A DNA stretch of 64,000 bases from a bacterium (GTDB taxonomy: Bacteria; Hinthialibacterota; Hinthialibacteria; Hinthialibacterales; Hinthialibacteraceae). A program made the translations under genes and the position numbers. Below the pieces are notes generated by a model. The model was not told where the DNA came from, ran no database searches, and saw only the letters and a list, made by a program, of their open reading frames with translations. Position 1 is the stretch's first letter; every line of letters starts with the position of its first letter. This document shows, in pieces, positions 1-10,887 of this stretch. Location: the NCBI GenBank assembly GCA_963663405.2, contig CAXXSM010000100.1, positions 1-64,000 on the forward strand, written 5' to 3'.

Positions 1-274
1 CCACAAAGTTTTATGAGCTTCGTAAAGTTGTTGACTATCAGTATCGGGATCTCCGCACGTACTGTCTTGTCGGAAATCAAAGGATGTATCAATTTTGTGC
101 ATTCAAAGTATTCCTCGAATATAGAATCATTATTCCTTTATTTCCACATAACGAATAAAGAATTGATGTTTTGCGTAACCAAAACATAATTCTCGTTGAA
201 CTGAGCCCTATTTTCTATTTGGATTTTAAAATGCATTCCCCTATAGGGGGGATATCCCAAACCTTCTTCCACAC

Positions 275-1117
275 CTACCCCACACCAAGATGCCCCTCCA
301 CCCAACCCGCAACATCGTTCAATACCTGCTCGTGTCCCGGCTCATTGAAAACCTCATGATAAAATCCATCATAGATTTTAATCGTCTTATCCTCTGAACT
401 TACCGAATCATAGAGCAGTTGAGCACCACTTGGATCAACTAATTTATCCCCGCCGCCCTGCACAATCATTAACGGCAATTTTATCTCTGCTGCGGATTCT
501 GTCACATGCTGCATTGCCTTGAGCATTTCTGCACCAAGCCTCGCGGTGATTTTACCGGTATAAACCAGAGGATCATTAACGTAAGCATCTACCACTACCG
601 GATCTCTACAGATGTCTTTCGCATCTAATTGAATGATTCCTGCCTTGGGCATTGCAACCGATAATATTTTTCCTGCCAAAATAACAGCTTTCGAGATATT
701 ATCAGACACCTTTATCCCTGGCCCGGAAAGAACAGCTCCTGCTAATTCATTCTGGTGCTCCAGCAGGTATGCTGCACTAATCAATCCCCCCATACTATGC
801 CCAACCAGAAATATCGGGTTTTTCGGCTGCCAGCCTCGGACCATGTCAAAATATATCTTGAGTGTTGCTGTGTAATCCTGGAATCGTTCCACGTAAACAC
901 GTTTACCATCTGACTTCCCATGTCCGATGTGATCGATCCCATACACAGCATAGCCTGCGGGAACAAAATGGTTGACCACATTCATATATCTCCCGCTGTG
1001 CTCTGCTATACCATGGGCAACCAATAGGACAGCTTTAGGTTCACCTTCAGGCAACCAGTATTGATAGTAAATATTGTTATCGCGGATGCTTTTGAAATGG
1101 CCTTCGTGATGGTTCAT
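275..1117 (-). CDS. Alpha/beta hydrolase (lysophospholipase/monoacylglycerol lipase family)
   Basis: HGIAEHSGRY, GHGKS, nucleophile GHSMG and C-terminal HE motif. Start placed at MNHHEGHF rather than the ORF-track start at 1204. Confidence 0.9.
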   Translation of the reverse strand: MNHHEGHFKSIRDNNIYYQYWLPEGEPKAVLLVAHGIAEHSGRYMNVVNHFVPAGYAVYGIDHIGHGKSDGKRVYVERFQDYTATLKIYFDMVRGWQPKNPIFLVGHSMGGLISAAYLLEHQNELAGAVLSGPGIKVSDNISKAVILAGKILSVAMPKAGIIQLDAKDICRDPVVVDAYVNDPLVYTGKITARLGAEMLKAMQHVTESAAEIKLPLMIVQGGGDKLVDPSGAQLLYDSVSSEDKTIKIYDGFYHEVFNEPGHEQVLNDVAGWVEGHLGVG

Positions 1118-1506
1118 GTTTGGCTCCTCATGGCTTGGGGTGACGGTTTGACGTATATGGTTTTGGGGCGTCCCCGTACTGTTGAGCTTTATAGCAGTAA
1201 GCACCAGGTTTGAAATCCGTGTGATATTATTTGGATATCATCTTATTACCTTGCTATCAAAAACAGCGAGGATTGTATCTGTTAATCTCGCCCCTTCAAC
1301 TATCCTTACGGCCAACATGAATATTATTTAGCACCGCAGACTATCTTACAGATTATGCTTTGAATACGTGAGTTCTGTGATAGTTAATATATTCCCTCTG
1401 GTTATCGTTATGGATATCGATAATATAGTGTTTGTCTGGGTTAATACCCATGGACTCCAAATCAACCCTATCTATCCTCGGTGAGAAAACGGCACTCCCG
1501 TCATTA

Positions 1507-1908
1507 TCAAAACCGGCACTGCATGACGATTCCGAAATTGGTGCTCTCGGAATGATCCCGCTTCATTACCGGCATCAAAATGAATTCGTCCGTTATGGCA
1601 GCGCCGATCGCTGCGCCGATTGTATGAAAAGCCACGTCTATTAGCATGGATGATAACTTTTCCCCATATTGAGCCCTATCCACCCCCTCGCCGATTATGC
1701 CGCAGGCAGTGCTGAAACCGAAACCGATCAAGGCCCGATGTTCCGGCCAATATTTGCCAGCAATGGCAGTGGCCATCCCGGACACAACCATCCCCCCGGC
1801 GGCGTGCGCCGATTCACCGGGTACATTTATGGTTCCGGCAAAGGCATCTTCCGCAAACATCACTACCATAAAAAAGCATAATATCGTTTTCATGGCTTTC
1901 CCTTTCAC
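1507..1908 (-). CDS. Hypothetical exported/membrane protein
   Basis: 133-aa ORF with signal-peptide-like N-terminus and hydrophobic segments. Confidence 0.55.
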   Translation of the reverse strand: MKGKAMKTILCFFMVVMFAEDAFAGTINVPGESAHAAGGMVVSGMATAIAGKYWPEHRALIGFGFSTACGIIGEGVDRAQYGEKLSSMLIDVAFHTIGAAIGAAITDEFILMPVMKRDHSESTNFGIVMQCRF

Positions 1909-2199
1909 TACCTTTTGCTTAGAAACCTGTTTTTAGCCCCAAAATCATCAGTTTAAGACTCGAAAAATACCCTGTATCTATCGTATTACCCATATTAACG
2001 GCATATTGTCTCGGTACAGGTCAATGCACCCGCTCGCCCTGAAAAAGATGCGTTTCTTGAAGACGGATCTCCTGCCCCTTATTCAAAAAAATATTGTTTA
2101 TATTCAGTCAACTCGGCCACTACCGGGCTTGTTCAACCACCGGAAAAGATCGTGGTTCGTTAGACGTCGTAGACAATTCAAGAAAGCGGCGACAGTGGA

Positions 2200-3165
2200 T
2201 CAAAATTTATAAGTTGCTCCCGCCATAAGCACCTCGGTCTGTGCCTTGAGTTCTTTATTCATCCGATCAAGGGCATAGTCGCAGGTGTCGTGTCCTGAAA
2301 GAAACACTTTTTCTGGACTAGCATTATTGATAGCATTGATAGTTCGACTCAAGTCTCCATCGGTAATCCTTTGCCAAGGAGACTTTCCTGTGCCCATAAT
2401 GGTCTGAAACCTGATGCCAGCCCGGTTGCCTCTCCCTTCAGTGACAGGGAAGTGGAGCCCACCACCAATAGCATAGAGGGGCTCATCAGAAAGACGTTTT
2501 ACCATTTCTAAAATAACTTCAATAGTTGGGTGTCCACAACCGGTGAAGACCACCAGGCCCTTGCCCTTAATTCGGGCCAACAGCGCCTGTTCCTCTGTGT
2601 AACCAAGTATGAAAAGACTCCTGGCTAAAGGCCCGATGGAAGCAATACCGGCACTAATTAACTGGGGCTTTTCGACCACCTTGGTTTTAAATCCTTTGGC
2701 TTCAGCCTTGTCAGGCAGAAAACAGGGCTTCGGCATTGAGGACATGAGTTCATCGGGAACAGTTACTTGCAGGGATCGTTGAGCAGACATTCCGCCCATG
2801 TGGTCGCAGTGAAGATGCGAGATCGTTAAAGCATCGATCTGATCCAGGCTAAAATTCAACTTGGCGGCATTGTGACTTAAAGCTGGACGAGTCGGACCAA
2901 AACCAATGTCATACAACATAGACCCTAATTCAGTTTTGAATAGACAGGATACGCCGGCATCGCCTATGAATCCTTCTTTGGCTTTCCACTCCACCAGAAC
3001 AGTCAACTCTAAGAAATCAAGTTCAGGCATTTCAAGGTGGTTAGCTTGGCTTATGCGTTCCTGGTTAATTTTAGCTGCCCGAGCCTGGTTATCTTGAAGC
3101 GACGGTTTCTGATTAGTAACCAGGGGCCAATGACCGGAGAAGCCACAGCCAGAACCGGCCACCAT
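2200..3165 (-). CDS. MBL-fold metallo-hydrolase
   Basis: SHLHCDHMGG metal motif, TGCGHP and GGLH motifs. True start uncertain. Confidence 0.85.
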   Translation of the reverse strand: MVAGSGCGFSGHWPLVTNQKPSLQDNQARAAKINQERISQANHLEMPELDFLELTVLVEWKAKEGFIGDAGVSCLFKTELGSMLYDIGFGPTRPALSHNAAKLNFSLDQIDALTISHLHCDHMGGMSAQRSLQVTVPDELMSSMPKPCFLPDKAEAKGFKTKVVEKPQLISAGIASIGPLARSLFILGYTEEQALLARIKGKGLVVFTGCGHPTIEVILEMVKRLSDEPLYAIGGGLHFPVTEGRGNRAGIRFQTIMGTGKSPWQRITDGDLSRTINAINNASPEKVFLSGHDTCDYALDRMNKELKAQTEVLMAGATYKF

Positions 3166-3495
3166 AAGGGTGATATACGAAAGTGCATTGTAAAATCTCC
3201 TTTAGACTGTTTGGCTCTTTACTATCAGTCTTGGAATAGTTGGCGACTAACCAACAAACCCCGCGGTTAGGGCAACTTGCCTGTTTTAAATAAATACTTA
3301 ATGATGTAGCATGATCACAATATGCCGATAGATAGCAGGTATCTGCAACCGGAGTGTTTATGTGATTATGGGTGGCTATTTGCATAGTACTATTGTGGTT
3401 ACTCACGGTAGTTCAGCGTCACCACCAGCAACGGACCATATCACACATATTTTTTGGGTTCCTTCCAATAGGTCATCGTATCGAATAAACTAATT

Positions 3496-4308
3496 TCAGG
3501 GTGTATTCGGCTCGTAACGTTCAATTAGAAGGTAATTTATTATGGTTCCGAATTTAACATCCCAATTTGTATCGGTAACTTTTATTTTATTGAGCGACAA
3601 TGAAATTGTTTTATGGAATATTTTTTTGTTCCTACCGGTACGTGAACAGTAAGAGTTGTCCGTATCGTGGAATACTATAATAGGCACCTTTATGTCATAA
3701 TTATAAAATTTTAATGTAATATTAACAGCATAGCTATTGGCATTATTAATTTTTGATTGTTCCAGGGGATAAAGCCATTTAATGATAGACGCATCTTGTG
3801 AATATAAAGAGTCAATGATGCATTTCATTTCCTTAACCAATTTACTTTCATCAATTACCATGCCTGCTTCTGGTTTCAAATCTATTAATGATAGTTCAGT
3901 TTTGTTTGATTTTTGAAAATTAAATTTTGCAAACTCAATTTTCTCAAGATTACTTTGCCTCAGCAATTCGCTTTCAACGACTATATTTTTTAACGTGTTT
4001 AGCTCTTCTGGAACTTCATTTAGATTTTTTTCAACATTTTGCCTTACAACTGAAACGGTAAACTCTTGTGTATTAAGGCCTTTAGAGAATTGTATTAAAT
4101 ACATTGACTCTGTCCTGTTTTGAGGATAGGCATTTAAAAAAGGGATGTTTTGAAAAGGCTTTTCGTCTATATGCACATAGCAAGTTCTTTTGATGTTGAA
4201 CCAATAGCTGAAAGAAGTTTCCTTCTTTGTTTGAATGAAGGAGCAAGATGTGAGAAGAGTGGTTAAAAGACTAATTATAATTATTGAATATAATGAAAGT
4301 TTGTACAT
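3496..4308 (-). CDS. Putative lipoprotein (cassette-type hypothetical)
   Basis: Lipobox-like LLTSC after a hydrophobic leader. AT-rich, and starts just after the attC at 4325-4388. Confidence 0.6.
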   Translation of the reverse strand: MYKLSLYSIIIISLLTTLLTSCSFIQTKKETSFSYWFNIKRTCYVHIDEKPFQNIPFLNAYPQNRTESMYLIQFSKGLNTQEFTVSVVRQNVEKNLNEVPEELNTLKNIVVESELLRQSNLEKIEFAKFNFQKSNKTELSLIDLKPEAGMVIDESKLVKEMKCIIDSLYSQDASIIKWLYPLEQSKINNANSYAVNITLKFYNYDIKVPIIVFHDTDNSYCSRTGRNKKIFHKTISLSLNKIKVTDTNWDVKFGTIINYLLIERYEPNTP

Positions 4309-4324
4309 TTCTGATCACTTTTGG

Positions 4325-4388
4325 ATATAACACCGCGGTTCACAGGTAGCGTGGTACAAGCCGTCCTTTGCTAAGCCGCATGTTATCA
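4325..4388 (-). repeat. attC site (integron cassette recombination site)
   Basis: Minus strand TGATAAC-atgcgg...ccgcggt-GTTATAT, a 64-bp imperfect palindrome directly upstream of a gene start. Confidence 0.65.
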
Positions 4389-4688
4389 AAAACAGTTATT
4401 TTGACTTCTTATTAATAAACATTCTCATGCAAAATATCTTGAATCTTCAATTTTTAAATCGGGCAAACCTTCAGTCTCGTTAACTGCTCTCAATTGCTTT
4501 TTAAAACCATTCTGGATGATATTTTTTCGCTCTTTTACAGATTTCCACAGGAGCGCAATGAATATTATTTGGCCCTAATGCCATATTCGTCTTTGGCGTA
4601 CCCTAAAACGATTAAAAGCAGATAGCTTCCGCAAACTCAAAAAATAGGTTAAGCGCCCCGGCCCCTGCGATCTGATGCAGCCGCCTTG

Positions 4689-5069
4689 TTATGTGGCCAT
4701 TGCTTCTTTTTTATTATTCACAAGTAACTTTTCACCGATGTAGCTGGCTACCAAGGCTTGAATACTAAAACAAAATAATTCAAACAATCCTATGTCAAAC
4801 AGATCGATAATTTGTTCATTGGGTTTAAAATCCAAAAATTTTGCAATGGCTTGGTTATTTACGGTGTAGGTTATATCCAACGCCAAAAACATTGGAAGAA
4901 TGTAAACATCCATGAAAAGAAAGATTAAGATGAGGATGCATAGATTGGCCCGATTAGAAAAATTCCATTTGAATCTCATTTTCAGCGCCTGGAATGAGAT
5001 ACCGATCAATATGGTGTCTACGGTGTAGCTTAGCACTATGCTGAAAATCGTCAAAATGATAGCATTCAA
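4689..5069 (-). CDS. Hypothetical membrane protein (cassette)
   Basis: Three hydrophobic segments. The stop TAA lies inside an ACATAAC R''-like box followed by an attC-like left arm (aaggcggctgcatcagatcgc). Confidence 0.6.
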   Translation of the reverse strand: MNAIILTIFSIVLSYTVDTILIGISFQALKMRFKWNFSNRANLCILILIFLFMDVYILPMFLALDITYTVNNQAIAKFLDFKPNEQIIDLFDIGLFELFCFSIQALVASYIGEKLLVNNKKEAMAT

Positions 5070-5211
5070 TTCATTAACCTCACATAATAAGTGATTGTGC
5101 AGACTTGGATGACATCAACTTTGTAATGTTATCCGACCAAATGTGCGTCTTCATGTCTCAGTGCTTAATAGCAGTAAGCACCGGTCTCGGAAACCGTTTG
5201 ATATGTCTTGG

Positions 5212-5697
5212 CTATTTGTAACGCCGCGCTTCAGCCGTGCGGTCCTTCGCGTCGCTGCAAGCGCCTTGTTCGCCGAACGCATTCTTGAATGTTTTGTTAT
5301 TCCAGGGGTTGCCCCAAGGTCCATTGAGCGATATGGCCTTAGATATGCCTTTCTTTTGTCCAACAACGATCATTGCGAAGGGCTCCTCATCAATAAACGC
5401 AACAACTGATCGTCCATCTTCTGACCACCTGACATCAATACGATCATTTGAGATATCTGCAATTACAGCGCGGTTGGTGGAATGCTCCTTAACAAAGGGT
5501 GGGGTATCGCCTCTCTGGTATTTCTGTTTGAACTCTGCAAGAGAAATTAGTGGTACGAGACTGCACACGGGTGCGTCACCGATAACGCAACTTTCAGATA
5601 AATCATGGAGGTACATCCAGACCACACCTGCATCGGATTCTAACACGCACTGGCATAGTCCCGATTGATTTACTATTTTTCTGTAGATATCAGTCAT
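5212..5697 (-). CDS. Hypothetical cassette protein
   Basis: 161-aa ORF whose 3' end reads through the attC at 5216-5274. Confidence 0.6.
   Translation of the reverse strand: MTDIYRKIVNQSGLCQCVLESDAGVVWMYLHDLSESCVIGDAPVCSLVPLISLAEFKQKYQRGDTPPFVKEHSTNRAVIADISNDRIDVRWSEDGRSVVAFIDEEPFAMIVVGQKKGISKAISLNGPWGNPWNNKTFKNAFGEQGACSDAKDRTAEARRYK
5216..5274 (-). repeat. attC site (59 bp)
   Basis: Minus strand GGCGAAC-aaggcgcttgcagcg...cggctgaagcgcggc-GTTACAA. Confidence 0.8.
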
Positions 5698-5758
5698 ATT
5701 CTGTCGGTGAACAAAAAATTAACAGGCGTGTGATGCCTGCCAGTAAAGGTTATTAAAA

Positions 5759-7385
5759 CCTAATTTGAGCGATTTTAAGCAAAAAAAAAGTCCTCTATCC
5801 GAAGATAATGTGCTATAATACTTGTTAAAACTGACGAAAGCGTTAACAAGAATAGCCATACCAATCAGATGGAGGACTTGATGAAGGAACATAGCAAATC
5901 TTACCGAAAAAAGGAACTGAAAATTAGCAAAATTGAAATGACCGGTGAACGTTTGACCGGTAGAGCCGGTTTGACGCTGTTCGTCGCATACTTGCATCAA
6001 ATCCAGATATTTTCTCTGATTGACAGATTTTTCGGTTCTATACGGAAAAGCAAAAAAGGCATTGCTGCCTTCGAGCTTTTCAAACAGATACTTTGCTTCA
6101 TGGCAGACGGTACCAGTCGGCATTTGACATACTTTGATCAGCTTGCCCAAGACCCAGGCTATGCCGGAAGTATTGAAACAGATGTGAAAGAGATGGCTTC
6201 GTCCCACAGAATTAAACGATTCTTCAACGCCTTTGCCTGGACACGAATCTTTTTGTTCCGCCACTTGTTGCAGAGACTTTTTATCTGGCGGTTGAAGATC
6301 AAGCAACCGGAACTGATCGAACTGGGTATTGATACCATGGTGATGGACAACGATGATGCTAAATGCCGCCACGGAGTTAAACCGACCTACAAAAAGAAAA
6401 AGGGTTTTCAACCGCTGCAAATGAACTGGGGGCGATTGATTGTTGATGCGGTCTTTCGCGGTGGAAACAAACACTCCAACCATGGTAACACAGTACAACA
6501 GATGATTCGCCACATGGTCACCAAAATCCGCAAACAATATCGACAGGATGTTCCCATCATTATCCGTATGGACAGCGGGTTTTTCGATCAGAAGATTTTC
6601 AATTTCTGTGAAGAATTGAAAATTGGCTATGTCTGCGGTGGGAAGCTGTATAAAGATATCAAGTCCTTTGCCGTGGCTTCTACAGACGAAACATGGACCC
6701 GTTATTGTTCCGGCAAAAAAGACTATTGGGAGTATATTGAGTTTGGAAGTAAACGGGGCAAAACCTGGGACCGGTTCAGAAGAGCTATCTATTGCAGACT
6801 GATCAATGATGGCGATCAGATCTATCTGCCTGGATGCCGGCCCGATACGATTATCATCACCAATATTGGCCAAGGTCAGCAAATCGATACATTGCTCAAA
6901 AAAATTGGAGCTGAAGACTATTTGAAAGCAGACGGCATTGTTGCCTGCTACCATGAACGTGGCAGTGACGAGCTGGCAAACCGGGCCTTGAAAGACTTCG
7001 GCCATGAGCAGTTGCCATTCAAGAAGTTCAACCCCAATGCAGCTTGGTATTATTCGATGTTGCTGGGTCATTTTTTGATGGAAACCTTTAAAGAAGATGT
7101 TGGTACCCCGGTCTTATCGGTTGGTGCTTATGCAACCACGGTTCGCAGAAAATTGATAGACATTGCCGGCAAGATCGTCTCTCATAGTGAGAAAATCATA
7201 CTCAAGGTTTCTGCCGTTTGTTTTGAAGGTCTTCGCCTGCCGGAGCTTTTTAAACGCTGCCAATATGCGCCGGCTATAACTTAACGCTGGCTGTAACATA
7301 AAATTAATCACATAAATCGTATGGTGAGGTGCGCAAAATATCTGAGACATTTGACCCAATCGCGTTAAAAATCGTTTGCATTGCT
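5759..7385 (+). mobile_element. IS1380-family insertion sequence (ends approximate)
   Basis: Contains the transposase. Left end CCTAATTTGAGCGATTTTAAGC; only a weak degenerate match near 7363-7383 for the right IR. Confidence 0.7.
5869..7284 (+). CDS. IS1380-family DDE transposase
   Basis: LTGRAGL, IDTMVMDNDDA, KGFQPL, RMDSGF and YHERG..E motifs; 471 aa. Confidence 0.9.
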   Translation: MEDLMKEHSKSYRKKELKISKIEMTGERLTGRAGLTLFVAYLHQIQIFSLIDRFFGSIRKSKKGIAAFELFKQILCFMADGTSRHLTYFDQLAQDPGYAGSIETDVKEMASSHRIKRFFNAFAWTRIFLFRHLLQRLFIWRLKIKQPELIELGIDTMVMDNDDAKCRHGVKPTYKKKKGFQPLQMNWGRLIVDAVFRGGNKHSNHGNTVQQMIRHMVTKIRKQYRQDVPIIIRMDSGFFDQKIFNFCEELKIGYVCGGKLYKDIKSFAVASTDETWTRYCSGKKDYWEYIEFGSKRGKTWDRFRRAIYCRLINDGDQIYLPGCRPDTIIITNIGQGQQIDTLLKKIGAEDYLKADGIVACYHERGSDELANRALKDFGHEQLPFKKFNPNAAWYYSMLLGHFLMETFKEDVGTPVLSVGAYATTVRRKLIDIAGKIVSHSEKIILKVSAVCFEGLRLPELFKRCQYAPAIT

Positions 7386-7643
7386 GATTAGAGAGAAATG
7401 TCTCGCTCGATAGCAAGGTCTCTTCACTTTTTGCCTCTCGCCGACAGGACTTTTTGTTGTTCAAACACAAAACCGCTCAGTTTAGGTAAAATCAATTTCT
7501 TTCCAGCGGGGAAAAGGAAAATTGCAACTATTGCAGAGACAAAGGCAGATGCACAGACAACGGGATCTCCAAAATTCTTAAAAAATTCCATTAACCAATC
7601 CATCATCATAACCTCTGTTTTATTTATTGTTTTTCCTTAAACA

Positions 7644-7771
7644 ACATAACGTTCTGCGTGACCGGACGGGAAAACGATCTCGACCTATTAGAAAGACACG
7701 TTCAATGATAACTGTGCAAAAGTTAAAAATGGCATCGTTTTCCCGGTCCGCTGTCTACGCAGTTGTTGTGT
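7644..7771 (-). repeat. attC site (128 bp)
   Basis: Minus strand ACACAAC...GTTATGT with long inverted arms (ctgcgtgaccggacgggaaaacgat / atcgttttcccggtccgctgtctacgcag), just after the stop of the SEL1 gene. Confidence 0.85.
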
Positions 7772-7778
7772 GCAATTT

Positions 7779-8483
7779 TCATTTTTTAGCCGATCTATTT
7801 TTGTCCCAATCCAGAGTTCGAGCTTTTGCAATTTTTAATTGATTTAGATTTAAAAATCTCTTTGTCTTTGTAATCATTTCTATGGACCGATGTAAACCGT
7901 TCTGAAATGCTAATTCGAACCATACATAGCTTTCCAGAAAATCCTGTTTTACACCAGCCCCTTGGTAATACATCATACCTAAGTTATGTTGAGCACCTGG
8001 TTCATTTTGTTCGGCAGCTTTTTGATACCATTCAATGGCTTTCTGGTAATCCTGATCTAAACCAATCCCATCCTTATACATACAACCCAGATTTAATTGG
8101 GCTGGAGCAAAGCCCTGATTGGCTGCTTTCAAATAAAACGCTACAGCTTTTCTTGTGTTTTTTGTTGTGCCTTGCCCTATCAAGTACATCTCACCAACTA
8201 TATTTTGCGCCATAGAAAGGCCCTGCAAGGCTGATTTATAATACCAACCGAAGGCATTTTCATAACTCTGCTCAATGCCGTCACCATTTGCGTGCATAAC
8301 TCCCAGTGTATACTGGGCATATGCATCTCCGCTTTCTGCTAATGGAATAATTTCTTGAAGTGCATTTTGAAACTGCCCCTGTTGTATCTTTATCTCATAG
8401 CTTTTTAAATCATTTCCCGAAGTTTTCACGGAAAAAAATACTATGATCAGCAGTACCATTACCTTGTTTGCTAATTTAACCAT
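7779..8483 (-). CDS. SEL1-like repeat protein (cassette)
   Basis: Repeated AQxxLGxMYxxGxG...WYxKAA units and a signal-like leader; flanked by attC sites. Confidence 0.9.
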   Translation of the reverse strand: MVKLANKVMVLLIIVFFSVKTSGNDLKSYEIKIQQGQFQNALQEIIPLAESGDAYAQYTLGVMHANGDGIEQSYENAFGWYYKSALQGLSMAQNIVGEMYLIGQGTTKNTRKAVAFYLKAANQGFAPAQLNLGCMYKDGIGLDQDYQKAIEWYQKAAEQNEPGAQHNLGMMYYQGAGVKQDFLESYVWFELAFQNGLHRSIEMITKTKRFLNLNQLKIAKARTLDWDKNRSAKK

Positions 8484-8501
8484 TTGGCTACCTTTTGTGG
8501 C

Positions 8502-8588
8502 ACACAACGTTTCGCATCACCGGCAACAAAAAGCAGAGCGAGGAACGAGCGGCGCTTTTTGGTGTCCGAGTGTATGAGCTTGTTGGCT
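8502..8588 (-). repeat. attC site (87 bp)
   Basis: Minus strand AGCCAAC-aagctcatacactcggacaccaaaaagc...gctttttgttgccggtgatgcgaaac-GTTGTGT. Confidence 0.85.
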
Positions 8589-8602
8589 TTCTTTGGTTAT
8601 AT

Positions 8603-9550
8603 TTATTGTCTTACTCCAGGCCAATTGTTGAGTATTATCTCTGGAGTGATCCATCTTGTATCCGCAGAGCAGGCTGCTGCGAGCCAATTTGCCTGTGGCA
8701 AATATGGCCGGATTTTCGAGCCAGAATTTTTTCGAGCCTCAACATCGTCAACACTCCAACCGTCTCTATATTGAGTCAAAATCCATTTGACTCTTTCCCA
8801 AAGAGCCAATAGTGCCTCTTTTTGAATGATTCTTATATTACCTGCCCCGGCCTCTGCTTCTGGAGCAATTGTAGCTAGATGAGATACAATTGTACCCAAC
8901 ACGGTATATCCCAGGGAATGATACTCACTGTAAGCTCTATTGTATTGGTTATGTGCCTGGCCTACATCTTTTGGAAATATTGATGTTTCTGGTGAGTGCT
9001 CAATTTTTGCTTCCCAAGTGACAACATATTTAATATTCCCACATGCCAACCTCCACCGGCAGTCAGTGGCAGCTGAATGTCTTGGACGACTTGAGGAAAA
9101 AGCTAAAATACCTGCTAATTCTGTTAAGCCTTGGGAAAATTGATCATGAGTTTCGGATTGGAGTTTTTCGGTAATTTTATTGCAGTGTTTTTGAAATCGA
9201 GTTCCTCTGACGCCAAGTTTCTCGAGAAGATCATCAAATGAGCGGATAACTAAGTCAGAATAATTTTCCGTAAAATGTTCCGTTGAGGCAGCCTGATGCC
9301 TTTCTCGATTTAATGAAGCTTTCATTCGGTTGAACCAGGATGAAATTCCTCCTCGCTGAATAGCTTCTTCTAAAATTGATAGAGCCTCGTTTTCACTCCC
9401 TTCGGATAATTTCTTGGCTGCTAGAAATTTGGACTTTGCTAAACACCAACCGAAATACGCGCCTAATTCAATAAGGTTTTGTTCTTTAGCCCTATCGTAA
9501 CAAAGTTGAAATTTGTCCGATGCAATCGAATAATTTTTTGAATGAAACAT
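8603..9550 (-). CDS. Hypothetical; probable C-terminal part of a larger protein with a PD-(D/E)xK-like motif
   Basis: TDCRW...WEAK...DVGQA resembles restriction-endonuclease-fold catalytic motifs. The 5' end looks truncated. Confidence 0.45.
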   Translation of the reverse strand: MFHSKNYSIASDKFQLCYDRAKEQNLIELGAYFGWCLAKSKFLAAKKLSEGSENEALSILEEAIQRGGISSWFNRMKASLNRERHQAASTEHFTENYSDLVIRSFDDLLEKLGVRGTRFQKHCNKITEKLQSETHDQFSQGLTELAGILAFSSSRPRHSAATDCRWRLACGNIKYVVTWEAKIEHSPETSIFPKDVGQAHNQYNRAYSEYHSLGYTVLGTIVSHLATIAPEAEAGAGNIRIIQKEALLALWERVKWILTQYRDGWSVDDVEARKNSGSKIRPYLPQANWLAAACSADTRWITPEIILNNWPGVRQ

Positions 9551-9576
9551 TGCAGACCAGCCAATAATTTCATTTT

Positions 9577-10221
9577 TTGCTAATTCTGTATCATCTTCCT
9601 GTATCTCATCAGCAGGAGTTTCTACTTGTAAATCATTTAACTCAGAATCAAATACAATTTATGAATAAAATTGATTTTTATTCGATCGAACGATTTAAAC
9701 ATGTACAATTGCGAGACGAAACTTATCACATGTTAACGAATCCAGAGCATTATATGATTTCTCATAAATGCTATATTGTGAGGCTGAATAGGTTTTTGTT
9801 TGAAGACGCATACAGCGGTAAAATTATTTCTTACAAATTAAAATATATGAGAGAAATAACCAACGCTCGAGAAGAATCATATGTAACTTCAGCTCTGTAT
9901 GATCATACAGAATCTCAATCTTCAGAAATGTTAGTAAAGGACTTATTAAAAAGACTATTAATTTCTATTAATTCTATCCCTGATCCAAAAGAAAAATTTT
10001 TATTTTTTATGCATAAATATGTTTGTATGAGTAAAAAGGAATGTATGGACCTGTTGCATATATCGGAAGAGAAAGAATTTAGAGAAATGATTGCTCATGC
10101 AAATACGATCCTTCGTCTCAAACTTGAATCGATCAATAATGATCTTCAAACAAAAGAGTACCTTCTAAAATCTGATATTTTTGTGGATTCTCATCCGGAT
10201 TCGCCGGCTGAAAAGGATTAG
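9577..10221 (+). CDS. Possible sigma-70 region-4-like (ECF-type) protein
   Basis: C-terminal SIPDPKEKFLFFMHKYVCMSKKECMDLLHISE...HANTILRLKL resembles a sigma region-4 HTH. Weak similarity only. Confidence 0.4.
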   Translation: MLILYHLPVSHQQEFLLVNHLTQNQIQFMNKIDFYSIERFKHVQLRDETYHMLTNPEHYMISHKCYIVRLNRFLFEDAYSGKIISYKLKYMREITNAREESYVTSALYDHTESQSSEMLVKDLLKRLLISINSIPDPKEKFLFFMHKYVCMSKKECMDLLHISEEKEFREMIAHANTILRLKLESINNDLQTKEYLLKSDIFVDSHPDSPAEKD

Positions 10222-10229
10222 GTGAGATT

Positions 10230-10861
10230 ATGAGAGATATTTATGAAGAAATTCTTGCTGATATTGAGAACCAAAACCTAGACAAAGTGTTAGATTTTTT
10301 TCATGATGAAATCTACACTTGCTTGGAGATTCATTCCCTGACAGATCGGTGCCAAGAAAGGATCGACGAAACTCAGATAAAGGAATGGATCAACAAAAAA
10401 CAAACGAAAACAGAATTTCTGGATTTTCTTAGTTTACTTGCAAAGTCTCCCAAAAATATGAAAATCCTCGTTGACTATTTGAATTCCGATGACTTTTTAT
10501 TTGATTTCTACTCCCGTCCACAGGAATACATTCAATTCATTCTTTATATCCGTGGCCACAAATTTCGCGAATTTGAACTTAAAAAGGGATCTTCTATATC
10601 TTTTCTCCAATTCGTCCCGGTGATCTTTGTGAATTAAAAGATAATGAAGGAGAAGTGATTTGGAGTGGCCAAGCGCCCGGAAACCAAACAACTCATACAG
10701 ATGAAAACATCCGTATGTCCGCTAAAACATCTTACGATAAAGATATCGATAATGATTTTATCTCTATGTATAAAGAAAAGATATCCGATATTCCTTTAGT
10801 TTTAGAATTTAGAAAATCGAATATTGATTCTTCCCCTTATCTTTTCCTATCTCACCAGTAA
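10230..10861 (+). CDS. Hypothetical (split ORFs; anti-sigma position)
   Basis: ORFs 10230-10637 and 10655-10861 directly follow the sigma-like gene; probably frameshifted. Confidence 0.35.
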
Positions 10862-10887
10862 TCGTCGTTCTTTTATGGAGATTAACC

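Noticed and set aside
5719-7071. 450-aa minus-strand ORF
   Set aside because: Antisense shadow of the IS1380 transposase with no recognisable motifs.
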